Positions 54,328 to 64,000 are shown, counted from the stretch's first letter. The stretch: 64,000 nt of DNA from Lachnospiraceae bacterium (GCA_963654425.1 CAVKAR010000001.1:64888-128887), one strand, 5' to 3'. Notes: generated by a model from the letters alone, not told the origin. Translations and numbers: made by a program.

Positions 54328-54773
54328 TGGCTACTTCATTAAGCGATATCAAAGTAGTGGAAGGCTCGAAATTCGAGCACTTCCGCAAAGGCCAAGGCCG
54401 CGGAACCGGAAACGGGAAAACCGCCGGCAAGGGCCAAAAAGGGCAAGGTGCCCACGCCCATACGAAGAAAAACGGCTTCGAGGGCGGACAGATGCCAATC
54501 AACCGCCGCATCCCGAAGTTCGGCTTCAAGAACATCTCCCGCAAGGAATTTGCGGTCGTGAATGTCTCGAAACTCAATTCCTTCAATGATGGGGACACCG
54601 TCACAATCGAAGCCCTCATTGAAAAAGGTATTGTCAAAAAGACGCTCTCTGGGGTTAAAATTCTAGGCAATGGCGAGCTTAGCAAAAAGCTCACCGTCGT
54701 CGCTGACGCTTTCTCGGCTTCCGCAAAGGCAGCCATTGAAGCGAAAGGCGGAAAGGCTGAGGTAACGAAATAA
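54327..54773 (+). CDS. rplO: 50S ribosomal protein L15
   Basis: ...[17 protein letters not shown]... It directly follows rpsE, with no rpmD in between. Confidence 0.95.
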   Translation: MATSLSDIKVVEGSKFEHFRKGQGRGTGNGKTAGKGQKGQGAHAHTKKNGFEGGQMPINRRIPKFGFKNISRKEFAVVNVSKLNSFNDGDTVTIEALIEKGIVKKTLSGVKILGNGELSKKLTVVADAFSASAKAAIEAKGGKAEVTK

Positions 54774-56122
54774 TGAAAAAGTTCGTCTCGATCTTTAAGA
54801 ACAAAGACATCGTCAATCGTATTTTCTTCACGATTATGGTGCTCTTCGTCATCCGGATCGGGGCGGCTATTCATGTCCCGGGCGTCGATCCTTCCTCGAT
54901 GGAGGATATGATCAATAGCGGCTCAGCTCTTGCGATCATGGACCTACTCGGCGGAGGCGCGTTAAGCAACTTCTCCGTGTTCGCTCTCGGGGTCAGCCCG
55001 TATATTACCGCCCAGATTATCGTTGAACTTCTTTCCAAAGACGTTCTTCCGGCTCTCACCGAACTATCGAAGCAAGGTGAGTATGGGCGTAAGAAAAAGG
55101 AACAAGCCACGCGTTATTTGACTCTTCTCCTCGGCGCTGTCCAAGGATACGGGATCATCAAGACGATGGAAAACAGTTCCTACATCTCGATCACGCTCGA
55201 AACGAATTTCTGGACTTATGCTTATATCGTCACCGTTCTTTTAGCGGGAGCGATGCTTACGATGTGGCTCGGCGACCAAATCACCGAAAAAGGTCTAGGA
55301 AACGGAATTTCCGTCATCATCTTCGCAGGGTGCGTAAGAAGCTTGCCAACCCAAATCTCCACCGCCTGGAGCAAATGGATCGTGGATAATACGAGCCGCA
55401 GCTCTGGCGAGATGATCAGAGGCAGCTTCCAATTCGCTCTCTACATCATCGTTATGATTCTCATCACGGCCTTCGTCGTGTTCATTGAGTTATCAAGGCG
55501 CAAGATCCCAGTCCAGCACGCCAATAAAGGCGGCGGGCAAAGCATGGCGCGCGCTTCCTTCTTGCCAATCAAGATCAATAGCGCAGGCGTTATCCCTGTC
55601 ATCTTCGCTTCGAGCTTAATGGCCGCCCCAAGCGTCATCGCGAGTTTCATCTCCTCCGACGCCGCGAATGCCGAATGGCTGAAGATCTTCAATTACAACG
55701 AGACCTTCAGAATGCCTTGGTTCAATGACACGCACTGGAATATGGACTGGGGGCTTGTGATATATCTAGCTCTCATAATCCTCTTCACTTTCTTCTATTC
55801 GGAGATGCAAATCGATCCGGAGAAGCTTGCGGACAACTTCCAGAAATCAGGGGCTTATATCCCTGGCGTGAGGCCTGGCAAAGAAACCGAACGTTATGTC
55901 AGCAAGGTCTTGAACCGCATTACCTTCATCGGGGCATTCGCTCTAGCGGGTATCGCGGCCTTGCCGATTATCCTAACCTTAACCGATGTCTTTGATGGCG
56001 ATACTACTTTGGCTATCGGCGGCACAGGGTTAATCATCATCGTCGGCGTGGCGCTTGAAATCAACGCCCAGATCGACGGCCTATTAGCGGGCAAAAGCTA
56101 CGACGCAGTCAAGGAGATCTAA
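54773..56122 (+). CDS. secY: preprotein translocase subunit SecY
   Basis: 449 aa with 10 TM segments. Contains ...FALGVSPYITAQIIVELL... Confidence 0.95.
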   Translation: MKKFVSIFKNKDIVNRIFFTIMVLFVIRIGAAIHVPGVDPSSMEDMINSGSALAIMDLLGGGALSNFSVFALGVSPYITAQIIVELLSKDVLPALTELSKQGEYGRKKKEQATRYLTLLLGAVQGYGIIKTMENSSYISITLETNFWTYAYIVTVLLAGAMLTMWLGDQITEKGLGNGISVIIFAGCVRSLPTQISTAWSKWIVDNTSRSSGEMIRGSFQFALYIIVMILITAFVVFIELSRRKIPVQHANKGGGQSMARASFLPIKINSAGVIPVIFASSLMAAPSVIASFISSDAANAEWLKIFNYNETFRMPWFNDTHWNMDWGLVIYLALIILFTFFYSEMQIDPEKLADNFQKSGAYIPGVRPGKETERYVSKVLNRITFIGAFALAGIAALPIILTLTDVFDGDTTLAIGGTGLIIIVGVALEINAQIDGLLAGKSYDAVKEI

Positions 56123-56128
56123 TAATCT

Positions 56129-56779
56129 ATGCTCAATATCATTCTCATGGGCCCGCCTGGCGCGGGAAAAGGCACGCACGCCAAATGGATGGAAAATGAT
56201 TTTCATCTTCCCCACATTTCGACGGGCGACATGTTCCGCGAAGCGATGGCTTCTGGGAGTGAGCTTGGCAACACTGTGAAAGAGATCATAAATCGCGGGG
56301 ACCTCGTGAGCGACGAGCTCACTTGCGCCCTCGTGAAAGATCGTCTCTCCCGCGATGACTGCAAAAACGGTTACCTTCTTGATGGTTTCCCCCGCACCTT
56401 GGCGCAAGCGGAAGCCTTGAAGAAGATGGGCAATGAAATCGGCCGCGAGCCGAATCTTGCCATCAATATCTCTTGTCCAGACGATATCTTGATAAAAAGA
56501 GTCACCACACGGAGGGTTTGCCCGAAGTGCGGCGCTTCCTTCAACGTTATCACGATGAAACCGAAGGTTGATGGGGTCTGCGATTATTGCGGCGCCTCGC
56601 TCATCCAAAGAAAAGACGATAACGAAGAATCCTTCAAGGTCCGTTTGGATAACTACTACAAGAGCACGGCCCCTCTTCTTGATTATTACAAGAAAGAAGG
56701 CTTGCTCATTGACTTCGATGGCACCATCGAAGCCGGACAACTCAAAGAGGAAATCAGCAACTTCCTCGCTAGCAAATGA
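56129..56779 (+). CDS. adk: adenylate kinase (zinc-lid type)
   Basis: MLNIILMGPPGAGKGT. The lid motifs are CPKCGASF...CDYCG. Confidence 0.95.
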   Translation: MLNIILMGPPGAGKGTHAKWMENDFHLPHISTGDMFREAMASGSELGNTVKEIINRGDLVSDELTCALVKDRLSRDDCKNGYLLDGFPRTLAQAEALKKMGNEIGREPNLAINISCPDDILIKRVTTRRVCPKCGASFNVITMKPKVDGVCDYCGASLIQRKDDNEESFKVRLDNYYKSTAPLLDYYKKEGLLIDFDGTIEAGQLKEEISNFLASK

Positions 56780-57537
56780 TCATCATCAAATCACCACGGG
56801 AAATCGCGCTCATGCGCGAGGCGGGGCACCTACTCAGCGATGTCTTCGATGCCATTGGGCCGATGTGCGTTCCAGGCACCTCCACCCAGGAAATCAACGA
56901 CAGAGCCGAAGAAGTGATGAAGCTAGGCGGCGGAGAGAGCGCGGAGAAAGGCTATTACGGCTATCCTGGCGCCATCTGCGCTTCGGTCAACGAAGTGCTG
57001 CTGCACGGCATCCCAAGCCCGAAAAAAATACTGAAAGACGGCGATATCATAAGCCTTGATATCGTGGTGCGCAAAAACGGCTACTGCGCCGACGCGTGCC
57101 GAAGCTATCTTGTCGGTATTTGCCCAGAGCATCTAAGCACCTTGCTCAAGGTGACGGAAGAAAGCTTCTGGAACGCGGTGAGATTAGTGAAGCCTGGAAT
57201 ACATCTAGGCGATGTCTCTCATGCGATTGAAGCCACCGTGAAAGCCCATGGCTACAGCGTTCCACGCGAATTCACGGGACACGGAATCGGCAAAGAGATG
57301 CATGAAGACCCCTTTATCCCGGATTATGGAACGCCGGGAACGGGGGATATCCTTCGCGAAGGCATGACCTTAGCCATCGAGCCGATGGTTATGGAAGGAA
57401 AACCGCATCTAAGGACACTTGGAGACGGTTGGACGACCGTGACGAAAGACGGCAAATACAGCGCTCATTACGAAAATACCATCGTAGTGACGAAAGACGG
57501 CTATGAAGTGCTGACGATGAAGGAAGAAAGGAGATAA
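56776..57537 (+). CDS. map: type I methionine aminopeptidase
   Basis: IIIKSPREIALMREAG..., plus HGIP, DIV and EPM metal-site motifs. Confidence 0.93.
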   Translation: MIIIKSPREIALMREAGHLLSDVFDAIGPMCVPGTSTQEINDRAEEVMKLGGGESAEKGYYGYPGAICASVNEVLLHGIPSPKKILKDGDIISLDIVVRKNGYCADACRSYLVGICPEHLSTLLKVTEESFWNAVRLVKPGIHLGDVSHAIEATVKAHGYSVPREFTGHGIGKEMHEDPFIPDYGTPGTGDILREGMTLAIEPMVMEGKPHLRTLGDGWTTVTKDGKYSAHYENTIVVTKDGYEVLTMKEERR

Positions 57538-57540
57538 CGT

Positions 57541-57762
57541 TTGGCTAAAGAAGAGTGTTTGGAAATGGAAGCGACGGTGTTGGAGTGCTTACCCAACGCC
57601 AACTTCAAGGTGAAACTCGCCAATGGAGCGGTGGTCCAAGCCTGCGTTTCGGGCAAAATCCGGATGCATTACATCCGCATTCTCCCCGGCGATCGGGTTA
57701 CCGTGCAGTTCTCGCCTTATGATTTAACACGCGGGCGCATTACGTTCCGATTCAAGAACTGA
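57541..57762 (+). CDS. infA: translation initiation factor IF-1
   Basis: TTG start. [24 protein letters not shown]...RILPGDRV. Confidence 0.93.
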   Translation: MAKEECLEMEATVLECLPNANFKVKLANGAVVQACVSGKIRMHYIRILPGDRVTVQFSPYDLTRGRITFRFKN

Positions 57763-57785
57763 AACTGAACAAGGAGTAACACATT

Positions 57786-57899
57786 ATGAAAGTGAGACCA
57801 AGCGTCAAACCGATCTGCGATAAGTGCAAGATCATCCGCCGGCACGGCGTCGTTATGTGCATCTGCCCAAATCCGAAGCATAAGCAAAGACAGGGCTAA
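57786..57899 (+). CDS. rpmJ: 50S ribosomal protein L36
   Basis: It is absent from the ORF track because it is under 60 aa. My own translation is [37 protein letters not shown], with an SD-like AGGAG upstream. Confidence 0.93.
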   Translation: MKVRPSVKPICDKCKIIRRHGVVMCICPNPKHKQRQG

Positions 57900-57920
57900 A
57901 GGAAAGGAAACTAGCTAAAT

Positions 57921-58295
57921 ATGGCACGTATTGTCGGGGTTGATGTCCCCAATGAGAAACGCGTCGTCATCTCCCTTACCTATATCTACGGTATCGGCGA
58001 TACGACCGCGAAAAAAATCTGCGAAGCCGCTGGTGTGAATGAAGACATCCGCGTCAAAAACCTCACCGATGAGCAATTGACCGCTCTCCGTAGCGAGGTC
58101 GCCAAATACAAGACCGAAGGCGATTTGCGCCGCGAAGTGGCGATGAATATCAAACGCCTCCAGGAAATCGGCTGCTACCGCGGACTCCGCCACAAGCGCG
58201 GACTCCCAGTGCGCGGACAACGCACCAAAACCAATGCGCGTACCCGCAAAGGAAAGCGCAAGACGATCGCTAACAAGAAAGAAGCGACTAAATAA
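57921..58295 (+). CDS. rpsM: 30S ribosomal protein S13
   Basis: [26 protein letters not shown]... Confidence 0.96.
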   Translation: MARIVGVDVPNEKRVVISLTYIYGIGDTTAKKICEAAGVNEDIRVKNLTDEQLTALRSEVAKYKTEGDLRREVAMNIKRLQEIGCYRGLRHKRGLPVRGQRTKTNARTRKGKRKTIANKKEATK

Positions 58296-58316
58296 GGAAA
58301 GGAGTAGGTAAACATT

Positions 58317-58727
58317 ATGGCAGACACTAAAAAAGGCGCCAGAAAGAGCACCTCGGCCCGCAAGAAGAAAGTGAAGCGCAACTTCACCCGCGGCGTCGCC
58401 CACATCCATTCCACCTTCAATAACACCATCGTCACGATCTCTGACGTCCAAGGCAATGTCATCGCTTGGAGCAGCGCTGGCGCTCTCGGCTACAAAGGCG
58501 CCAAAAAGAGCACCCCATTCGCCGCTCAGCTTGCCGCCCAGACCGCTGGTAAAAGCGCCTTCGACCAAGGCTTGCGCCAAATCGACGTCGATGTGAAGGG
58601 CCCAGGCCCAGGCAGAGAAAGCGCCGTCCGCGCCTTAGGCACGGTTGGTCTCCAGATTCTCTCCATCACCGATACCACCCCAATCCCTCATAACGGTTGC
58701 CGTCCTCCAAAACGCCCAAGAGGCTAG
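58317..58727 (+). CDS. rpsK: 30S ribosomal protein S11
   Basis: ...[18 protein letters not shown]... Confidence 0.96.
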   Translation: MADTKKGARKSTSARKKKVKRNFTRGVAHIHSTFNNTIVTISDVQGNVIAWSSAGALGYKGAKKSTPFAAQLAAQTAGKSAFDQGLRQIDVDVKGPGPGRESAVRALGTVGLQILSITDTTPIPHNGCRPPKRPRG

Positions 58728-58790
58728 TTGAGGAGGGGCTAACCCCTTGAGTAGATACGTATCAGTCATTTATAGGAGGCACAATTAATA

Positions 58791-59798
58791 ATGGCTAACA
58801 CCAATAGCGAAATCGCCGCCGAAGAGATCCGCTTGCCGGATCCATTCCAACCATTCAGCATCAAAGTCGATATCAATGACGAAGCCGAGCATTATTCCCG
58901 CTTTGTCGTTTCACCCCTTGAGCGCGGATTCGGCACCACCTTAGGCAATGCCCTCCGCCGCGTTCTTCTTAGCGCTCTCCCCGGCGCATCCGTCTTCGCC
59001 CTTGAAATCGAAGGCGTCCGCCATGAATTCAGCGCGATTGAAGGCGTTGAGGAAGATGTCACCGCGATTGTCTTGAATCTCAAAGACCTCGTTCTCAAAA
59101 TCGATGACAACAGCGATGAGCCAAAGCGCTTGAACGTCGACTTCAAAGGCCCTGGCGTCTTAAAAGGAAGCGACTTGGAGCTCCCAGCGATGGTCTCTGT
59201 CGTCAACCCCGATTTAGAGATCGCCCACCTCAATGAGCATGGTCACATCAAGATGACGGTCTATGCTTCAAAAGGCAGAGGATATCTCACGGGCGAGGCC
59301 AACAAAATCGAGCACAAGATCAATCAGATCGGCGTCATCCCGACCGATAGCAACTATAGCCCGGTCGTGAAAGTCGCCTATGCCGTTGAGCCAACCCGCG
59401 TTGAGCACGACAGCAGCTTCGACGAATTGACCCTCGAAGTCACCACCAATGGTTCCATCAAACCTTACGAAGCGGTGGCTATGGCTTCCCAGCTTCTCGT
59501 CGCCCACTTCGGCGAATTCACAAAGCTTGATGAAGTCGTCAAGAACTACAAACTCGTCAAAGAGGAAGTTCATAGCGAAGAGAACAAATACCAAGACATG
59601 ATGATCGAAGAACTCGATTTGTCGGTCCGCAGCAACAACTGCCTCAAGCGCGCTGGCATCAGCACCGTCTTAGAGCTCACCCAAAAGAGCGAAGACGAAA
59701 TGATGAAAGTCCGCAACTTAGGCAAGAAGTCGCTGAAAGAAGTGAAAGAGAAGCTCGCTTCCATCGGGCTTCACTTCCGCGATAGCGTAGGAGAATAA
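58791..59798 (+). CDS. rpoA: DNA-directed RNA polymerase subunit alpha
   Basis: ...PLERGFGTTLGNALRRVLLS... The C-terminal domain reads ELDLSVRSNNCLKRAGI. Confidence 0.96.
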   Translation: MANTNSEIAAEEIRLPDPFQPFSIKVDINDEAEHYSRFVVSPLERGFGTTLGNALRRVLLSALPGASVFALEIEGVRHEFSAIEGVEEDVTAIVLNLKDLVLKIDDNSDEPKRLNVDFKGPGVLKGSDLELPAMVSVVNPDLEIAHLNEHGHIKMTVYASKGRGYLTGEANKIEHKINQIGVIPTDSNYSPVVKVAYAVEPTRVEHDSSFDELTLEVTTNGSIKPYEAVAMASQLLVAHFGEFTKLDEVVKNYKLVKEEVHSEENKYQDMMIEELDLSVRSNNCLKRAGISTVLELTQKSEDEMMKVRNLGKKSLKEVKEKLASIGLHFRDSVGE

Positions 59799-59800
59799 TT

Positions 59801-60202
59801 ATGGCAGCACAAGGTAGAAAGAACGTGCATGGCAAAACCGGCGTTCGCTTCAAAGCGGCTTATACCCCTTCGAAGAACAAAGCCATGCTCAGAGACGTCG
59901 TGAGCGCCCTTATCGTCCACGGCGAAGTCAAAGTCACTAGCGGCGTCACCGCCGATCTCGTTTCTTTGGCCGATAAAATGGTCACCCTCGCCAAAAAAGG
60001 CGACTTGGCGGCCCGCAGAGAAGCCGCGAAAGTATTGCGCAACGGCATTTGCGATGACAAAGGCGTGAATGCTCTCAGCAAGCTCTTCGCCGAAATCGGC
60101 CCAAAATACAAAGATCGTAATGGCGGCTACACCCAAGTTTACAAGCTTGGCAGACGCAAAGGCGATAACGCCGAAGTCGAACTGGTGAGATTCGTCGCCT
60201 AA
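59801..60202 (+). CDS. rplQ: 50S ribosomal protein L17
   Basis: Last gene of the alpha operon, with ...NGGYTQVYKLGRRKGDNAE... Confidence 0.93.
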   Translation: MAAQGRKNVHGKTGVRFKAAYTPSKNKAMLRDVVSALIVHGEVKVTSGVTADLVSLADKMVTLAKKGDLAARREAAKVLRNGICDDKGVNALSKLFAEIGPKYKDRNGGYTQVYKLGRRKGDNAEVELVRFVA

Positions 60203-60211
60203 TTGACTTAT

Positions 60212-60240
60212 AAGCCCTCCTAAACGAGGGCTTTTCCTTT
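60212..60240 (+). terminator. Rho-independent terminator after rplQ
   Basis: AAGCCCTC (60212-60219) pairs with GAGGGCTT (60226-60233), followed by TTCCTTT. Confidence 0.75.
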
Positions 60241-60293
60241 GTTATTATCGATGAATATGCTAAAATCGGTTCATTCGAATAGGAGGTAAATAA

Positions 60294-60875
60294 ATGGTAT
60301 TTCTATCTACAGGCGGCATCGTCGGCATCGTCATTGGCGTAGTCGTGGCCATAATCATTATTTCCATCATCGCATGGTGGATTTCCACGGCTAATAGGCT
60401 TCGCCGCGAAATCGTCAAAATCGACGAGGCTTCTAGCGGCATTGATGTCGCTCTCACAAAGCGCTTCGATCTTTTGACAAAGACGGTCGCCACCGTCAAA
60501 GGTTACGCCAAGCATGAGAGCGAGACGCTCAGCAAAGTCACGGAGATGCGCCGTCCCTCGAGCAACGCTCCGATGAAAGAGAAGAGCCAATTCTCGGAGG
60601 CTGTCTCCAAAGCCTTTGACAGCATCAACGTTGTCGCTGAGGCTTACCCGGAACTCAAAGCCAACACCAATTTCCTTGGCTTGCAGAACCAAATCGCCGA
60701 GGTCGAAGAGCAGCTTCAGGCTTCTAGACGCGTCTACAATAGCAACGTGAGCACCTTCAACCAGGAGATTGTCGTCTTCCCGACGAACATCGTCGCTCGC
60801 CACTATCATTTCGAGAAACGCGATTTCTTCGAGGCGGAAGAGGCCAAACGCCAAGACGTGAAGATCGAATTCTAA
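60294..60875 (+). CDS. lemA: LemA-family membrane protein
   Basis: It has an N-terminal TM segment. The motifs are ANRLRREIVKIDEASSGIDVALTKRFDLL..., YPELKAN, and RRVYNSNVSTFNQEIVVFPTNIVA. Confidence 0.88.
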   Translation: MVFLSTGGIVGIVIGVVVAIIIISIIAWWISTANRLRREIVKIDEASSGIDVALTKRFDLLTKTVATVKGYAKHESETLSKVTEMRRPSSNAPMKEKSQFSEAVSKAFDSINVVAEAYPELKANTNFLGLQNQIAEVEEQLQASRRVYNSNVSTFNQEIVVFPTNIVARHYHFEKRDFFEAEEAKRQDVKIEF

Positions 60876-60889
60876 TCCGTGATAACGCT

Positions 60890-60916
60890 AGGCCTCGTTT
60901 GAGGCCTTTTCTTTTC
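60890..60916 (+). terminator. Rho-independent terminator after lemA
   Basis: AGGCCTC (60890-60896), loop GTTT, GAGGCCT (60901-60907), then TTTTCTTTT. Confidence 0.75.
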
Positions 60917-60930
60917 TAGGGAGCAAGCTT

Positions 60931-61878
60931 ATGGCAAATGAAATCAATAAACTATACGAAGACTTCGAAAAAGTAAGGAAGCAGAAGGTAAAACTCTTCA
61001 TCTCTTTCGCCATCTTCGGCCTCATTCTCGTGATTATGGGCGTCTTGTTTTTGCTTGATGTCTTTCAAATCGAGATCGGTGAAACCGCCTATATCGGCAT
61101 TTGCCTTTTCATCGCCGGCATGATTTTCTTCACGATTGGCGGATTAGCCAAGGCAAGCTTCTCCAAATACGTCCGCAACAACAGCGAGAAGGCGGTGCGC
61201 GATCATTTGTTCCCCAATGCTGTGCTTAAGCCAGACGAGGGCTTTGATTTATCGGTTATCATGGCCCCGGGCTTTTTTGCTAGGCCTGACCGCTACAAGG
61301 GCAGCGAATTCATGGCTGGGGCATATAAAGGGGTAAGCTTTGATAAGGCCGCCTATGACCTCCAGAAAGAGCATACGACTACCGATTCGAAGGGCAATAC
61401 CTCCACAACTTACGTCACTTACGCCAAAGGTACTCTCTACCGCTTCCATTTCGCGCGTTCTTTCGAAACGGTGAAAGTCATCGAGAAGCAAGGAGCCATT
61501 GCTTTCGGGCTCATCAGCAAAGGGTTAGAGACGGTGGAAACGGAATACATTCTTTTCAACCGCAAATTCAAGGTTCTTTCAAATGACAAAACGACGGCTT
61601 TTTATCTATTAACCCCGCAAATCCAAGAGCAAATCATGGATTTAGAGAAACGCTACAAGGGCAGTTTCTATCTTTGCTATATGGGAAATGACCTTTATGT
61701 GGCCGTCAATGATAACGGGGAAACGGCGAAAGTGCCCCTTTTCAAGGAAGTAAGCGAAGAGACGATGAGACCGATCAAGGAATTCTACGGGGCCCCAGCC
61801 GTCTTTATCGATGCCCTTTCTCTTGATAGCAACAAATTCAAAGAGAACGCCGGGGCTTCTCCAAGCGTAAACGGATAG
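60931..61878 (+). CDS. DUF3137-like membrane protein
   Basis: It has two N-terminal TM segments. FNRKFKVLSNDKTTAFYLLTPQIQEQIMDL resembles the DUF3137 core. LemA neighbourhood is typical for this family. Confidence 0.6.
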   Translation: MANEINKLYEDFEKVRKQKVKLFISFAIFGLILVIMGVLFLLDVFQIEIGETAYIGICLFIAGMIFFTIGGLAKASFSKYVRNNSEKAVRDHLFPNAVLKPDEGFDLSVIMAPGFFARPDRYKGSEFMAGAYKGVSFDKAAYDLQKEHTTTDSKGNTSTTYVTYAKGTLYRFHFARSFETVKVIEKQGAIAFGLISKGLETVETEYILFNRKFKVLSNDKTTAFYLLTPQIQEQIMDLEKRYKGSFYLCYMGNDLYVAVNDNGETAKVPLFKEVSEETMRPIKEFYGAPAVFIDALSLDSNKFKENAGASPSVNG

Positions 61879-61926
61879 TTTCTTTTCTTCCCCCTCTCCT
61901 TTAAAATCACTTTAAGGAGTCTTTTT

Positions 61927-63312
61927 ATGGTGGATTTGGATGAACTCACGAAATTGCTTTTGGATAAGCCAACGGAGAAAGTTTATTACGGGAGAAAGAG
62001 TGGAAAGCTGACTCTTAATGCGATGGAGCTTCTTGCCGGAGAAGGCTCTAAAGATATCTGCATTATCTTTGATGTCGATGGGTGCTGGAAGATGGCGCGG
62101 AAATCGTTCCGCGAAAAGCATATAGCCGCTTTTCCTAACGCTCCTTCATCTTATTCTTATAAAAAATGGAAAGAGATAATCGACAAAGAGGATTTATCGA
62201 AAGAATGGTACCACGAATTGCGTTCGGCTCTTGCTCTTCCCGTCACTAAATTTTGCGAGCACCTTTCAATTCCTGAAGTTGAAGCCAGCGACTGGCTATA
62301 TCGGCAAATACGAAACGAGCTCATAACGCTTGAAAAGCACCATTTTGAAAGAAAATACAGCGATCAGGTTCTTTTTAGCGTCCTGCTCGATTACGAAGTC
62401 GTTACCTTTTCCATCCTTGGGAACGCTGGGCAAACTTTCGGGATCGGCTTTTATCCAGATGATCCATATGGCGATGTTTATTGGCTCGTCGAGAACGCCG
62501 ATTATATGTCGGTAGATAAACTCACGATGAATTCCTTGATCCACACCCTCTCCTTTTACTTTGAGAAGGATGCGGTTGGAGGCGATATCAACAATCCATA
62601 TGGCAAAAGCGGCCATTATACATCTTTGTACATCTCTAGAGGCGATATGCTTAACTGCTATCTCCCCAAATCGATTGCCGTCAGGGCTTTATCTTTTTTG
62701 GAGGCCGTAAACGCCTATCTCCCTGCTTTCGATGCTAAAGAAGGAAACAAGATTGAGGACGATCATTTCTACGATGTGATGCTTTCCAAAGACAAATTCA
62801 GCATCTTCGATAAGGATTTGAGCGTTGTCGATCCGAATATGAACCCTTTTGCGACAATGGCATTGAGGCCGTTTGATAGGCCTGAGCTGGATTTCGACAA
62901 AGAAAAATCCTTTTCCGCCACCTTAAGCGTCTTGCCACAGTGCTTCAACGATACCTCCGATCCTGAACGCATTGGCTATTTTTGCTATGTGGCGGCCCTT
63001 TGCGACAACGAAACGGAAGAAGTTGTGGCTCACTTCCTCGGCTCAGGCAAGGACCATCAGGGCTTAGACGAGCTTGCCGAAGGGCTTCTCGATAAGCTGA
63101 AAGGGATGAAGGTAGCCAAGAAAATTTACGTAAACAGCTTCATCGATGAATATTTCTTCAAGATGCTTTTCGCTCCATATATCGACAAGAAGAAGATGAG
63201 GCTCATCGTCACATCGAAAGATTTGCCAACCGATAGAGCCATGAGCATGTTCATAAAAATGTTTGAGCAAGGCAACTTCAAGAAAAAAAGAGAAGCGAAG
63301 AATAACGCCTAA
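61927..63312 (+). CDS. hypothetical 461-aa cytoplasmic protein
   Basis: Long ORF with plausible codon usage and an AAGGAG SD upstream. I recognise no family. Confidence 0.65.
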   Translation: MVDLDELTKLLLDKPTEKVYYGRKSGKLTLNAMELLAGEGSKDICIIFDVDGCWKMARKSFREKHIAAFPNAPSSYSYKKWKEIIDKEDLSKEWYHELRSALALPVTKFCEHLSIPEVEASDWLYRQIRNELITLEKHHFERKYSDQVLFSVLLDYEVVTFSILGNAGQTFGIGFYPDDPYGDVYWLVENADYMSVDKLTMNSLIHTLSFYFEKDAVGGDINNPYGKSGHYTSLYISRGDMLNCYLPKSIAVRALSFLEAVNAYLPAFDAKEGNKIEDDHFYDVMLSKDKFSIFDKDLSVVDPNMNPFATMALRPFDRPELDFDKEKSFSATLSVLPQCFNDTSDPERIGYFCYVAALCDNETEEVVAHFLGSGKDHQGLDELAEGLLDKLKGMKVAKKIYVNSFIDEYFFKMLFAPYIDKKKMRLIVTSKDLPTDRAMSMFIKMFEQGNFKKKREAKNNA

Positions 63313-63398
63313 AAAGGCAAATCGGCGTAATATGCGCTTTCCCTCTTTTTGCGAAAACGTTTTTGCTTTTCCCTATCCCCCTCTATATAATTGCCCAA

Positions 63399-64000
63399 AT
63401 GATTGATTTGCACATCCATCTAGATGGATCCCTCTCCAGGGAAGAGGTGATCGAATTGGCCGAGATGTCAGGGCTAGATATCGAAGAAGCCAAAAGCGCC
63501 CCTTTGAGCATCGATTCCTCATGCCAAACGCTTAATGAATATATCGAATGCTGCGTATATCCGACTAAAGTCATGCAGACGAAAGAAACCATCGAAGAAG
63601 CCGTTTATATGCTTTCTTCGCGTCTAGCGAAATCAGGCTTGCTCTATTTTGAGATTCGCTTTGGCCCGCAGCTCCACATCCATCGCGGACTTAGGCAAGA
63701 AGAAGTCGTCTCTTCCGCCATCAAGGGCTTAAGAAGAGCCGAAAAAGAGTATGGCATCTTATGCCAGCTTATCTTATGCGCCATTCGCGGAGATCATAAC
63801 GAAGAAGAGAATTTCGAAACCATCGAAGTAGCCAGAAAATATTACGGAAAAGGCGTTTGCGGAGTCGATTTGGCGGGGGCTGAGGCCATTTACCGCACTG
63901 GCATTTTCGCGCCCGTTTTCCTTAAAGCCAAAGAATACGGCTTGCCTATCACGATCCATGCAGGGGAAGTTGGCGGCCCTGAGTCAGTGAACGAAGCCAT
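63399..64000 (+). CDS. add: adenosine deaminase (3'-truncated by window edge)
   Basis: It is absent from the ORF track because the reading frame is open-ended. My own translation is MIDLHIHLDGSLSREEVIELA...FEIRFGPQLH...CGVDLAGAE...ITIHAGEVGGPESVNEA. This contains the HxHxDG, DLAG-E and HAGE motifs. There is no stop codon through nt 64000. Confidence 0.85.
   Translation, partial: MIDLHIHLDGSLSREEVIELAEMSGLDIEEAKSAPLSIDSSCQTLNEYIECCVYPTKVMQTKETIEEAVYMLSSRLAKSGLLYFEIRFGPQLHIHRGLRQEEVVSSAIKGLRRAEKEYGILCQLILCAIRGDHNEEENFETIEVARKYYGKGVCGVDLAGAEAIYRTGIFAPVFLKAKEYGLPITIHAGEVGGPESVNEA

Noticed and set aside
1-64000. I looked for rRNA, tRNA and tmRNA genes, transposases, integrases, IS terminal inverted repeats and prophage genes.
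   Set aside because: I recognised none in the intergenic regions or ORF translations. A tRNAscan, Infernal or ISfinder run could still reveal small elements I cannot see by eye.

Overview
The window reads as a chromosomal segment of a Bacillota (Firmicutes / Mollicutes-related) organism. TGA is used as a stop codon and lipoprotein lipoboxes are abundant. All calls rest on reading the supplied ORF translations and the DNA by eye; no BLAST or HMM search was possible, so family names are motif-recall assignments.

Gene content, left to right:
- 1-5.9 kb: hexuronate catabolism genes (AraC-type regulator, kdgK, eda, uxaC, uxuA, SDR-type uxuB).
- 5.9-10 kb: an AT-rich accessory islet. It holds a COG2865 Schlafen/AlbA_2-like protein, an AbiEi/AbiEii type IV toxin-antitoxin pair, and an orphan winged-helix ORF flanked by about 95-bp direct repeats.
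- 10-13 kb: an N-acetylhexosamine 1-kinase (nahK) operon with an uncharacterised 670-aa TIM-barrel-like partner.
- 13.4-34.5 kb: a large glycan-utilisation region. A 12-gene, about 16.6-kb operon encodes a lipoprotein SBP, two permeases, three giant surface proteins or lipoproteins, its own short ABC ATPase, a YesL-like protein, an ADP-ribosylglycohydrolase-family protein, a GH109-like enzyme and an unknown. The region also carries AraC, another lipoprotein and a GH63-like enzyme.
- 34.9-40.8 kb: MATE transporter, rfbA, ruvX, queH and phosphoketolase.
- 40.9-43.4 kb: a second AT-rich islet with two AAA-type ATPases, each preceded by conspicuous direct repeats.
- 43.7-44.6 kb: ribokinase.
- 45.0-60.2 kb: a complete S10-spc-alpha ribosomal superoperon (rpsJ to rplQ with secY, adk, map, infA, rpmJ, rpoA). 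It lacks rpmD, and many of its proteins carry low-complexity extensions.
- 60.3-64.0 kb: lemA, a DUF3137-like gene, a 461-aa unknown, and a 3'-truncated adenosine deaminase.

I recognised no rRNA, tRNA, CRISPR array, transposase or integrase.

The best candidates for something new are:
- the surface-protein-rich glycan operon with an ARH-family enzyme;
- the nahK partner protein;
- the two AT-rich islets and their repeat architecture;
- the shared MAEE(T)KK lysine/alanine-rich N-terminal modules on three different ribosomal proteins.
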